A DNA stretch of 64,000 nt. It comes from Vitrella brassicaformis CCMP3155. Lineage: Eukaryota; Protista; Chromerida. A program made the translations under genes and the position numbers. Under the pieces are notes generated by a model. The model was not told the origin of the DNA and made no database searches. It worked only from the letters and a program-made list of their open reading frames with translations. The stretch lies in the NCBI GenBank assembly GCA_001179505.1, contig CDMY01000372.1, forward strand, positions 33,296-97,295, written 5' to 3'. The stretch's first letter is position 1. Every line of letters begins with the position of its first letter. This document shows, piece after piece, positions 49,694 to 61,473 of this stretch.

Positions 49694-52600
49694 TCAGGCC
49701 CTCACTACAAAACGTGTCGCAGCAGCCACCAATAAGAGACAACTCACCAACACACCGTGTCTGACCTCCCGCCCCACAGCCGACGACTCACTGTCGTCGC
49801 CATCTGCTGATGTACTATCACTATCGTCCGTGTAGGTGATGTTCATTGGTTCAAGCCTCAATGGGACAGTGGCCATCCACCCCGCCTGCAACGTGGTGGT
49901 CACACCATCCCCTTCCGCTGCTGTGGGGAAGGATAACAGCGGCTCTTTGATGATGGCGCTATCGCTCGTCGGCGCATAGCCTGCCATTGATGTATCATTG
50001 GATTCACTGCTGGCCTTGATGTGACCGCTGACGGCCAATGTCTCGTCCCTGAAGTGAAATGCAGACACACAAATGGCCGTGTGTTTGTGATTTGTTTGTG
50101 TCTTCATCTTGTCATTGACCATATGTCGCATGCGTTGAGTGTACCGCCCTTGTGCTTGTCGCCCAGCACCATGACGCTCCACCCATTCCTACCTGCATGA
50201 AAGTCAGAGAAGGGCAGGTGCAATGGAGATACAGTACGGTCTTCCTTAGACTTACCGCGGAAGTCAGGCCGAACCCAAAGCAGTGAAGGCTCAGCACCTG
50301 CAAACACCACACGGCAAAGACACAGGGGCATGCACTTTGTGGTGTCCTAAGCCCCCTACAGCTGACCAGCATACTCCCCGACTTTAGCGCCGTCCAATCG
50401 TGTTGCATCTCGGTTGTTGATCTGGCTGTTGGCGCTGCCCACCAGCACAATGCTGCCGTCGCTGCCGACACACAAGTCGCCATCCTTCAGACGCAATGTA
50501 TTGCTCGTCCCGTCAGACCTACATGCGCATATGCAAAGAAGGCATCCATCCATCGACCCTTCCCCTGTCTCTCGCATGTGCTGTCTGTGGCTTGCTTGAG
50601 TCGCGCCATGGTCAGCTGGCCTCGCAGGAGGGTGCGTGCCGCTAGATCCACACGGGCATGGTAGGTGATTTGCGCAGACTTAGTGTTCCACAAGTCGTTG
50701 TAAAAGTCGATCTTCTGAATCTTTTCCACCCCCTCGTAGTTCTTGCCATCGTAGCGAAATATCGTCTCAGTTCCCGCGCTTTCCCCACCTGTCAATACAT
50801 GTCACGTGCAGAAGACCTAGTTTCTTCATGTGATTGTTCGTGCGCCTTCCTTACCGATATAAAGGAATCGATCAGGGCCGATGACAGCCCGATAAAGGCG
50901 AGTATCTGCAATATTGCTGGACAAATCCTGCACACAAAAGAATGAGTCAGTAATCCGGCGTGTCTAGCTGGTGCCCTCACCGCTCCATCGAATCCGAAGA
51001 GCTGCATGACAAAGTTTCCTGTCGTCAGACTCCACGCCGTCACAAATGCGACCTGCACCGGGTTCCCACTAGGCAATTTCTGGAGCAAACAACGCGAAGC
51101 TGAGATGGCTTTGCACATCAAAATGCTGGTAACGTGCTGCCTCTCACCTTATTGTCAAATCCCACGACGATGACCAGCTCATGATCAGGATCGATAGCGA
51201 TGTCCTCTACGAAAGAACGAGACACTGTCTTGGTCCACTGCACGCTCAGATCAGAGTGGTACCTGACACACACAGAAGAGCAGGCGGCGGTCCGACGACT
51301 TTGGTGGGCTGAACGCTCTGCATGTGCGATTACACTGTGATGTTGTGTGTGGTGTCGAGAATGGCTGCGATCTCTCCGTTGGGGCCGCAGCACGAGACTC
51401 GCTTGTGCTCACTGGAGTGAAGGAGCTCCTGAAACAGAGGGGAGGATCGCACATCTTCCCATGCGTTTGTCGCGTGTCGCACCACCTACTGTAGCTGTCG
51501 GATACCGCGCTCTCTCGATGGCTGCGGGGTTGATCGATTGAGTTGGGTCACTCAATGCCGCTATGTCGTGGTTCTTGATCACCAGCAGCCCCTTGGTGGT
51601 CGCAATGACTGTGTGGCCGCTGATATTCTTCCTGTCGATGTCCATATCCAGCACAGGTGCCTCCAGAGACAGAGCTGCACCAAGCACCACGGAACAGTCA
51701 AGAGACACGACATAAAGTATCATGTGTCTCTTTCTCCGCGCCTACAATCAATTTCTCTGGGCTGTCCGTCAATCGAGATAATTTGAAGCACACCTGCCTT
51801 TGTTCCACCCGCCTCCTGGCTGATGAACAAGTACACACGTGGACGCCGGAAGTTGGCAGATGGAAAGCACAGCATTGTTCCGCTTACACAGTATTTGTGG
51901 CGAGCAACAGGTGTTTCTCCAGCAGTATCTTTATGGCTGCCGTCTCAAATTCTGTCACTCCATGTGTCAGAAAGGATGAGTAATTCATTTTCAAGTCGCT
52001 GTCGTAGTAGTGCTTCGACGTCAGCGCGGGCTTCAAGCCGATTATCCGAGTGATTTCTTGGTCCTGCTTTGCAAACTTGTTCACGCAATATACAACGCCT
52101 GACGCCATGTTTGACGTCACTCTGCAGACATGCCCTTGAGAAAGGAAAGAGACGTGCAATCCTCTTCACCTACTTGCTTGAGACGCCTTTGCTCTCGTCA
52201 CTGGACAGCCCCTGGCCATCATAGGTGTCTTGTACCTCCCAGAGTTTCGTGTTTTCAACCACGAATTCCCCGAAGCGGCCTCCAGACATGAATACATGCC
52301 CCCCAGGCGACAATGCCACCCCACCGATCCCATAGCCCCTTGTCGCATGCAGCTGTTCCCATCCCTTGGTCTCCCTGACATATCTGAAGAAGGTTGATAT
52401 CTGCGTGTGCTTGGTGACCTCATATGAGAGGTAGAGCGTGCCATCAGCCCCAAGCGTGAGAGCACCGCTGTCGTTGTTCGCGAGCTCCCATGTCTCTGCA
52501 CACAGGTGAGTGTGGGCAGATGCTGATGGTCGGTTTGCATCCCAGACCTGCCTGTGCGTCGTAGTGGTAAACACCGTCATAGTTGGTCTGATCCACAAAG

Positions 52601-54306
52601 CAGGAAGGATGGAAACAAAGAGGGAAATCATTGCAAGACATCTCACCTTGTACCAGATGTCGCTGAATGTGTCCTCGAGCATGTCGATGTGTGGCTTCCC
52701 ATCGAGCCCGGTGAAGGGGAAAGCCAAGTCCCGCCAAGTGCCCTGCCCAGCTGCATCAAGTGTGAGCATCGAAAGCTGTGGATCGGTCGTGCCGCCTTTG
52801 TGGAGGAGGACTTTGCCGTCTCCTTGATAGAAGTTGCTGAAGTCAGGGAGGAACTTCATTGTGTCGTACCAAAACCGCCGGTTGATGTCAAAGCGATAGA
52901 GGATGTTGTGAGACACGCCGTACAAATGCCCGCTGACAACCATGAGCTTGCCGAGACCGTACTGGACTGAAAAAGAGAGGAGAGTGCGCAACGGAATGCA
53001 ATCTTACGTGATGTCCCATTTACCTGGTGGGTCGGCGAGATGCCACCATTGCTCCTCGTCGAATTGCCACAGGCCATTTGGATGGGTTTCCGTATTGGGG
53101 GAATCCTTTAAGCTCATAAACAATACGCCATTGTTTACAACGAGACTTATCTGATAAACATTGCAATCATCCGTTTGTGTGCACTTGAGCTGTTACCGAG
53201 CCCCGCTCACCGTAAGATCGTTCTCCTTGCCGGGTAGCCCCTCCATTATCATAGTCCAATCAGCGCTTGTGAATTTTATCGGATTGGTCGACATCACCAC
53301 CGCATCATTGACGTAGTTCCTCTTGCCTTTCAGAACAAAGCAGTCATCGGCTGTCACCTGCAGATTCTCCATCTTAACCCACTCGCCCTGAGCGTCATAT
53401 CTGTCAGCAAACAGCAAGACGTTCATACGCCAGCCTTCCTGAATTGTGCGTGCTTCCAGTATGCATACCTGAATGTACCGCCATAGTTGCTCTCGTAGTA
53501 GAGTGACGGGCCAGAGCACTCGCGCAGACTGATGTGCGGCTTGCCTGATCACAATCAGCACCAAGTGAAGTGGTCGGACGGACAAGAAAGAAAGAAAGAA
53601 GGGAGTGAGTGCACGTCTCACCGTCCAGATCAGTGAAGGGGAAGTCAAGGCTGGTCCATGAGTTCTTGCCGAGATCATACGCATACAAGACAGGGTTAGT
53701 CGTGTCTGCAGTGAACACAGAGACGAAGAGAAGCAATCATCATTCGCTCGCCCACACGAAAGCAGCTCCCTCCTCATACCCTTCATCAAATACACTTTGC
53801 TGCTGAACTTGCCGATGGCTGCGGTGGTCGGTTTATCGAGAGGCGCCTCAGGGAGCGCATCGACCACACTGCCATCCTCTTGAACCTGAAATGTGAATGA
53901 CCACACACCGGTTTGTCTGTTTGTGCGTGTGCGTGTGCATCCCCTCTAGGTCCTTCACTTCAATCTGCCCCTCTCACCCATGGTGACCCACCTCGTTGAT
54001 CTTGGGGCCATCTCTCATAAACAAGCGCACCCCACCACGCATACCAAGCAGCCCCACATCATCATAAGTCCCAAGCTTCCTCCCATCGATATCTCGGTTG
54101 GCTGTGGTGTCGATCCCCGTGCTTGCAGCCGACAGAGGCAGTTCCCACATCTCTTGTGATTGATACCATCGATACAGCCTGTTGTTGAATACAAAGTCCT
54201 CCAGCACAGGGCCATTCGCGTCCACAGTGAGGAGAAGGGCTGGGAGGGGCGGCAGGAAAGAAAGGAACAGCAGAAGGGAAGCAATGAGCGTCACGTCTAC
54301 GGGCAT
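49694..54306 (-). CDS. Secreted, probably GPI- or TM-anchored beta-propeller surface protein (multi-exon)
   Basis: Signal peptide MPVDVTLIASLLLFLSFLPPLPA. Repeated blade-like motifs LTLGADGTLYL, VALSPGGHVFM, IAIDPDHELVIV and LCVGSDGSIVL, plus the internal repeat (S/D)L(D/A)FPFT(D/G)LDG. It ends in an S/T/D-rich stalk and a hydrophobic tail VLVSCLLLVAAATRFVVRA*. That it is a single gene is inferred. Confidence 0.6.
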
Positions 54307-54670
54307 CCTGGAGCGGATTAACGCACGAGCCCGGTTGTGGCCTTCGTGTTGGACTCGTGGATCAGGTGTCTGGTGTCCCCCTTTGCCCCAAAGACAACCG
54401 TAAATGCGAAATGCGAGCTCGAGGATTCCGAGGGATCGCTTGTCTTTCCAGCCTTTCCCACCCTTTTGTGGACCTTTCCACCATGCACCGGCTCGTCCGG
54501 CTCCTCTGCTCGTATTTTTGCCGTAGTCTTGTTGGTGCGTTTTGTCGCCTGCCTTCCATGGGTGAGCCGTCCCTTTCACACTCTTCCAGCCATCCGCTGA
54601 CGTCCTGTGTGCTCTCTATGGCAATGCTACAGACTGTAGAGCTGTTTTCTGAGTGTGGCGGCTGCCCGTG

Positions 54671-57060
54671 ATGGCTCAGCGGCCGCCCGCGGAGCCCAAT
54701 GGCGGCGGCAGCGGGCAAATGAAGCGCCCCCGGGACACCTCTGCTGACGGCGGACTGTATGAGAGTGACATTAGGGGTGTGAGTTTCAATAAGAAGGCGA
54801 ATGCATGGATGGTCGCGTGGCAAGAGGGCGGACGCCGACGCTCAAAGTGCTTTTCGGTTCGCAACGCCGATGTGGAGGTAAGTACCTACGTATGCACTGG
54901 CGGGAGTGCTGGAATGACTGCATTCTCATGTAAGTCATGTATTGCATTGCTGCGGCGGCTTGTCTGTGTTGTCATCTTTTGCCAGGTTCGGAAGCAGGAG
55001 GCCCTCGAGTACCTGCTGGAGCAGCGCAGCCGGCTGGGGATGTCGCCGTCCCTCGAGCGCAAAGAGCCGCGGCCGCCACGCAAAAAATCCAAAAAGACCA
55101 AAGCCACCAAAAGCGGTACTTTGCAGCCATCCCACCCACCATTCACATCCATTCATTCGGGTCTTTCCTTTCTGTTTGGTCAGGTCGGTCTGAGAGCCTT
55201 CCCGCTCTCCCCGCCCCTCCACGTCCCGGCCCCCGCACCGCCTCGCCCTCTCCTCCATCCCCTCCCCCCATCGACAGCTCCATCCCGGCCTCCCTGCTGC
55301 CGTTCCGCGTGCTGAGGTCCCGAAGAAGCCCAGCTGACGTGCAGGAGAAGCCAGCATCGCATGACGTGGCAGCCGTCGCGGTCGAGAGGGAGCCCCCTCC
55401 CCCTCCCCCTCCCCCTCCCCCTCCCGCCACCATCAACACGGACAGTGGACAGCCCCCGAGGCCCAACAAAGGGCTGTCGAGCGCCCCTCCGCCTCGCAAG
55501 CAGCGGACGGGCAAGAAGGGGAAGGGGTCGAGAGGGAGGCGGGCATCCAAGGGCAAGAAGGCGGGACAGCGGAAGCCCGCCCTCTCTGTCAACCCGTCAT
55601 CAGCTGCGGCTGCACAGCAGCCGGCCGTTCGCCGTTCCCTCCTGCGTGCGCTGTATCCCCGCAATGTGGTGACTCACCGCCCCCTGCCGCCTCCCCCCAT
55701 GCCCCTATCGATGTCCATCGACCGATTCATGTCCTTTACCACACTCCCAGCACCCGCCCACGACTCGCCCAAAGCAAAGGACGGCAGTGAGCAGCCCCAC
55801 TCTTCATCGCTGGAGCAGCGCATCTCGGCGTGTTTCGATGCGGATGATGGCGAGGGCGGTGGCGAGCTCTCTCCGTCCTCCAAGAAGGGCGGGCTGCTGC
55901 AGGTCTGTTCGACGGCCAGCAACGGGAGCCAGGAGGACGACGGCACGTCCAGTGACTACGACGACAGGCGGGGGCTGTCGGTGGTGCCGGGCGGGGATGT
56001 GGTGGGGAAGAAGGAGCCGGTCTTCGATCGCATCACCCTGCGCTTCGCGACGCGGAAGCCGGATGACGATGATACTCCGGCTCTCCTTGCGCCGCCTCCC
56101 TCCCCCGCCCCCCGGAAGCGGTTCATCGATCTGGACAATGCCACACCACTGCTGGCCCAGATCATGTCTGGCAGTCTGCTCGACGGTGAGGCGCCTGCGA
56201 GCCCGGCTTCATCGACATATTGGTTCGATAAGGAGAGGGAGGTCACACCCGGCGGTGATGGAGATGGGGATGCGGATGAGGCGGGCCACCAGCAGCAGCA
56301 GCTGGCCTTCCCCAGCCTGATGTGGCCCGAGTCGCTGCTCATCGACGACAGCGACGAGGACTCACCGATGGCTGACGAGCGGAGTGGTGAGGGGGACGGG
56401 GGCAGCTGCGACACGCCGGCTTCCCCGCAGTCATGTCCGTTTGGTTCGCTGGGTGTGGGTGTGGGTGCGGGGGCGGGGTTGAGTGGTGGAGAAGGTGGCG
56501 ATGGCGGTAGTCTGATTCCGGCGCGTCTGGAGGCTCTGGCAGACTCATTCATCGGTACAATCCCTGTCATTCGCTCTATCTGTGTTTGTCTGTGGCTCAT
56601 CCATCCATGGCATGTATCAGGTCCATATGACGAGGAGCTGATCGGCCGCATCATGTCTGAGGACATCGATAACGACGCCTCGCCGAGCCCCCTACTCCCC
56701 CCACACCATCCCTCGCCCCCACCGTCCGGCCAGCAGCAGCCTGAGGTGACGTCCCCCCAGCCGCCCTCGCTCCCCTTCTCACTCCAGAGCACACCATCAT
56801 CCCGCCACTCGGACGATGCCCACTCCGACAGCCGTCGACCCCGCTACACCCTCACCAATGCCGCCCCCATTCCCATGCCGTCGCTGCCGCTCATTCGTCG
56901 CTTCGACATCCATCCCCAAATGGCGGGCAGTCACCAGTCGGCCGAAGTGACGGAGATGGGAGCTGCTGTGCACACGAGTGGGGTCATGATGGGGCTGACG
57001 GCCGCGTCGTGTGGCTCGGCGAGCGCTAGAGGGGTCACATCGATGATGGGCGTCATGTAA
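54671..57060 (+). CDS. ApiAP2-type transcription factor (single N-terminal AP2 domain, long low-complexity tail)
   Basis: IRGVSFNKKANAWMVAWQEGGRRRSKCFSVRN|VRKQEALEYL fits the apicomplexan AP2 consensus (three strands plus a helix). It is followed by a basic NLS-like PRPPRKKSKKTK. Confidence 0.85.
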
Positions 57061-58066
57061 GGACGTGACAACGCAATGATAAACCGTCGGTACGGGGCAC
57101 GTGTTGGATAGCTACGGGGGCGGGTGGGTTGGGGGTGTTTGCTTTAAGTAAGCCTGTGTGTTTGGTTGTGTGGGATGGGATGGGTGTCGAGTTGGTTGAG
57201 CGACCGAGTGAGGGAGCGAGGCCGGAGTGCTTCGTTCGCTGGGCGGATGGAGGGTCCCCCCCTGTAGCTACCTAAGGTGACGTAACCTAACACACACAGC
57301 ACACAACACACACACGACATCATGATCCATCACACACACACACACCCTGACCTCCTATTTGTCAGTCACACACCACGCCACTGTGGCACACAGAGAGACT
57401 CCAACACACGAATGAATGGATGGATGGATGGATGGATGGATGGATGGCCGCATATATCATGGCACGACGGACTGTATTTGGTATGGTATGCGTGGGAGGG
57501 TTTTGCAATTTTCCAGACAGCGCCTTTGTCGCGGTTAGAGACCCCAACGCCCCCCATGTGTGTGTGTGCGTGCGTGCAAGGAATGGCCAGCCAGCCTGCC
57601 TAAGCAGACAAAGAGCGCTATGTGTTTGCCTGCCTGCCTGGGGGTGGTCTACTCCACGGATTGTGTGTAGGCGATTCGACCGACGGTCTGCCTTCCTTCC
57701 TGCCTGCCTCTCTCACGCGTGTGGTTGCGATGAGTGCGTGCGCTTGCAGTGGACACCATGGACAGCAGTGTGCGCGTCTGCGCGTGTGGCCAGCCATTCA
57801 TTCATTCACATAAAAGCGGTAAGCAGTCGTCGTATGCACTCACTGCATACATATGTCATTCATGTCCATGGCCTGCCGACGGACGCCAAAAACCGCCGTC
57901 CTGACTGACTGACATGGAAAAAGGGACTAGCTGCCCCAAGGTAAGGTCGATTTGGACCTCGTCTGCTCGAGACGACATCAATCAAAAGCCTCCCATGCCC
58001 ACACCCCATCTCTCCCCACCCCACCCAACCGCGCCTCAAACACACATCACGAATTGTCTGCCTTGT

Positions 58067-59851
58067 TCACGGCCAGCTTGCCGGGTCGTCTGTGGGCCAG
58101 GGGATGCCTTTCCTGCTCCAGTAGGTGACCTCGTCCGCTCCCCACACGCCCCTCGCCACCTGCACACACACATCAACCAACCAACCAGACGCATCCCATG
58201 CATCCCATCCATTGTGGTCCGTCCGTCGGGTGCATCCATCTGCGGCACGGCAGGCGTGGTCTGCCCCCACCCATCCCCATCCCTGCATGCACCGGCCCAC
58301 ACACCTGTTGCAGCCCCGCCCTCTGCAGTGTGGCGGCCGTCACGTGAGACGGCAGAGGCTGGCCCTGGAACTCAACCTGCACACACACACATGAGTGGGC
58401 TGAGTGAGTGGCCTGTGTGTCTCTCCCGCCCCGCCCTACAGCGATTCGTACTAACCGATGTGGCCCTGACGACCACGAGTCGGTCCACCAGCCCCTGAGT
58501 CAAAAAGCTGTCCACCAGCCGCGGACCCGCCTCCACCATGGCATGTTTAACGCCGAAGTCACGGCCCAAATGGTCCAGCAACGCCCGCAGGTCCAAACCG
58601 ATGCGGCGATCCGCACGGGCAAACTGACCTGAACTCATTTAAATGAAATAGGCTTGTGTGTCCGATGGTTGATGGTGTGCTCCTTGTGCTGCTTGTGCTG
58701 ACTGACCGGTAGCTGGAGGGATCAGCCTCAAAATCTTAGATGGGGGTGACTGGCCGCCAAACAAAGCTGCACACACGAGCTGAGCTGTGTTGTTCCGCAG
58801 CTGATGCGGTGATATGTATATGTCTGAGCTTAGGCCTACCTTCCCATCGTTTCCTCTTCTGCTGGTCGCCCTCCATCATCTCCTCGATCTCGTCAAGCCA
58901 CACGCGGTCGACCGACACGCCACCTGAACACACACGCACACGCGCAGCCCACCGAGACCAACAGAATCTGTCGATGGTCACTGACTGAAACGAAATCTCT
59001 CTGCTGTTGCTGCTGACTTTTGGTTTTGAGTGTGGGTCGCGATGATGCGAATGCGGGCGGTGCCACGAGGTCGCCCCGCCGTGAGGGGGGAGGGTTGAGG
59101 GCCAACAGGGGGTCGTCCGTCGCTGACGCACAAAACACCACAGTGCTGTACTCATCAGTCAACACCTGAAGGTAGGTAAGAAAGACATCACACACACACA
59201 AATGGGTGGGTGGACGTCCGCAGCTGTTCGACCGAGTGAGTGTGTGCGTGCCTGTGCGTCTTTGGGTATCCTCAGCGAGGGATCGAGGACGACTCGGAGG
59301 GGCTGTGACTGCCCAGGAGCGAGAGGCACCCGCCGCACAGTCAGCTGCGCATCGTCGCGGATGATGGTGTTGACACCAACGATCACGCAGTCTGACGCCA
59401 GCCGGATCCGATGCACCTTGTCCAGCGCCTCACTGCACGTGAACCGCCTGAAACACACACACATACAGAAACAGACAGAACATAAGCAATGACTGCAGTC
59501 TTCCCTCGTCGTGTGCGATAGGTAGATCCGGGCTGACTCGGGTGCGATTTTGAGGTCATCGACGGCGCCATTCCTGTCGACCGCCAGCTTGACGGTCACC
59601 TCGGGCCTCTTGAGCCGCGCCGCCATGTCGCCCAGAGGCGCTGACACCGGCGCAGATGACACTGCATGGAGTCCGCCGGTCGAAGGCTGTCGCTTGCGGG
59701 ACAAAATTATGTCAGCGTGGTGCCTGCCGGCCCTGGTTGGCATAGCTGAGTGGGCGTGAGGGGCGCGGAAGGCTTGTGCGATGCGGATGTAGAGGGAGAG
59801 AGCCAGAGGGTAGATCAAAGAGAGAAGGGAAGCAAAGCATGGCCGCCGCAT
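58067..59851 (-). CDS. Stand-alone RibD C-terminal domain pyrimidine reductase with a bipartite plastid-type leader
   Basis: VTVKLAVDRNG, IVGVNTIIRDDAQLTVRR, QPLRVVLDPSLRIP and AMVEAGPRLVDSFLTQGLVDRL. Leader MRRPCFASLLSLIYPLALSLYIRIAQA-FRAPH. No deaminase domain was seen. Confidence 0.8.
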
Positions 59852-60214
59852 TGGTATTTCGTGCAGATGAACGGGGAGAAAGCACCACACTGAACAAAGA
59901 TCACTCTCGGTTTCAGGGAGCACCCGACGCCGCTGCGAGCTTAGACGCCTCGTCAGCAAAGTGAAGAGGAGAAAAAAAGGGAGAAAGGGAGGCTCGGAGG
60001 AGCATTCAGAGGCTGGAAAGCCGCAGATCTGTCCTTATTACCGTCAGACTCGGCGTCAGTTTTGGCATCATCTGACGATTCTGAGAAGCTCTCTGTCCCC
60101 AACGTCACCAAGAGCCAATTCAGTTCAGGTCTGGAACCAAAACAATGATGCTGTGAAGCGCTTTCTGTCTGTGTCAAATTCGTTTCTGTTCAGGTCTGGT
60201 TTGGTTCATCGAGT

Positions 60215-60639
60215 ATGGCTTCCGCTGCTGCCGCTGACAACCAAGATGAAGCGGAGGACACATCGCCCATCGGTAGCGCACTCCTGAAGCGCAAGTTCGA
60301 GAATGCGGCACGGCGGCTGCTGGCCACCGACACGGACGAGTGGACAGACGTCGTTATCTGCGAAGGGGAGGAAGACAAACAACAAGGTGACCACACACAC
60401 GCACGCACGCACACGCGGACACAGACCGTTCTCACCAGATCCACCTGCGTTGATCTGTTTCAGTTGCTCGTGCGGATGAGAGCCTGGAGGGCGAGGAAGA
60501 TGGATACGACGCCTACCTCCTGTCGCGGAAGCGCACTCTGCTGCGCGGACAGCCATCCGGCGGGGTGCACAAGGCGGCCCGCACTGACAAAGATGAGACG
60601 GGCAGGGACCAAGACGCTTCTCAAGGCGAGAAGCAGTGA
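60215..60639 (+). CDS. Hypothetical acidic protein (115 aa, 2 exons)
   Basis: Intron 60387..60463 (GT-AG, phase 1) joins MASAAADNQDE..EDKQQ to VARADESLEGEEDGYDAYLLSRKR..EKQ*. Confidence 0.5.
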
Positions 60640-61473
60640 AGACATGAATAACATTTGGCTAGCTAGAAGGGCGGGGGATTGTACATAGACAGATGGATGT
60701 CGGTCGACTTACTTGTCCTCTGAGTGAGTGCTTTGGTGGCTGATTGTTGATGATACACACATACATACGAGTGACACGACATAGAGAGGCCAACGGCAGG
60801 TCGGTCTTTTTCGACGGTGAGTGAAGTGACTGACAGGACGGATCACAAAACGACCTCAATCCAATGCACTTGACCCACCCGGACTCACGTTCGCCAGCTG
60901 AGGTGCTCACATCACATCACGGATCGAATGGATCTCACATCTCCTTCCTGCATGACACAGGTGGCACGAACGACAAAATGTGTCCATGTCTTCACCCACN
61001 NNNNNNNNNNNNNNNNNNNNNNNNNNNNNNNNNNNNNNNNNNNNNNNNNNNNNNNNNNNNNNNNNNNNNNNNNNNNNNNNNNNNNNNNNNNNNNNNNNNN
61101 NNNNNNNNNNNNNNNNNNNNNNNNNNNNNNNNNNNNNNNNNNNNNNNNNNNNNNNNNNNNNNNNNNNNNNNNNNNNNNNNNNNNNNNNNNNNNNNNNNNN
61201 NNNNNNNNNNNNNNNNNNNNNNNNNNNNNNNNNNNNNNNNNNNNNNNNNNNNNNNNNNNNNNNNNNNNNNNNNNNNNNNNNNNNNNNNNNNNNNNNNNNC
61301 CCCCCCCCCCCCACCTCTGACCATGAAGGTTGCACAAAACTACCAGTACGAGCGCTAAAGTCCACCATCAATGTTCACTAAGCCTTGACGGCTTGCCACA
61401 ACACACGCACGGACAGGATAAATATACATGTATGGCAGCGCACACACCCTCCAGACCCCTCCCACCCACTCAC

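Larger units (their letters stand above)
4813..61299. other. Seven 300-N assembly gaps: 4813-5112, 6141-6440, 19011-19310, 24065-24364, 36191-36490, 38468-38767, 61000-61299
   Basis: Each run is exactly 300 N, and most are flanked by poly-C or poly-G homopolymers. Confidence 0.98.
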
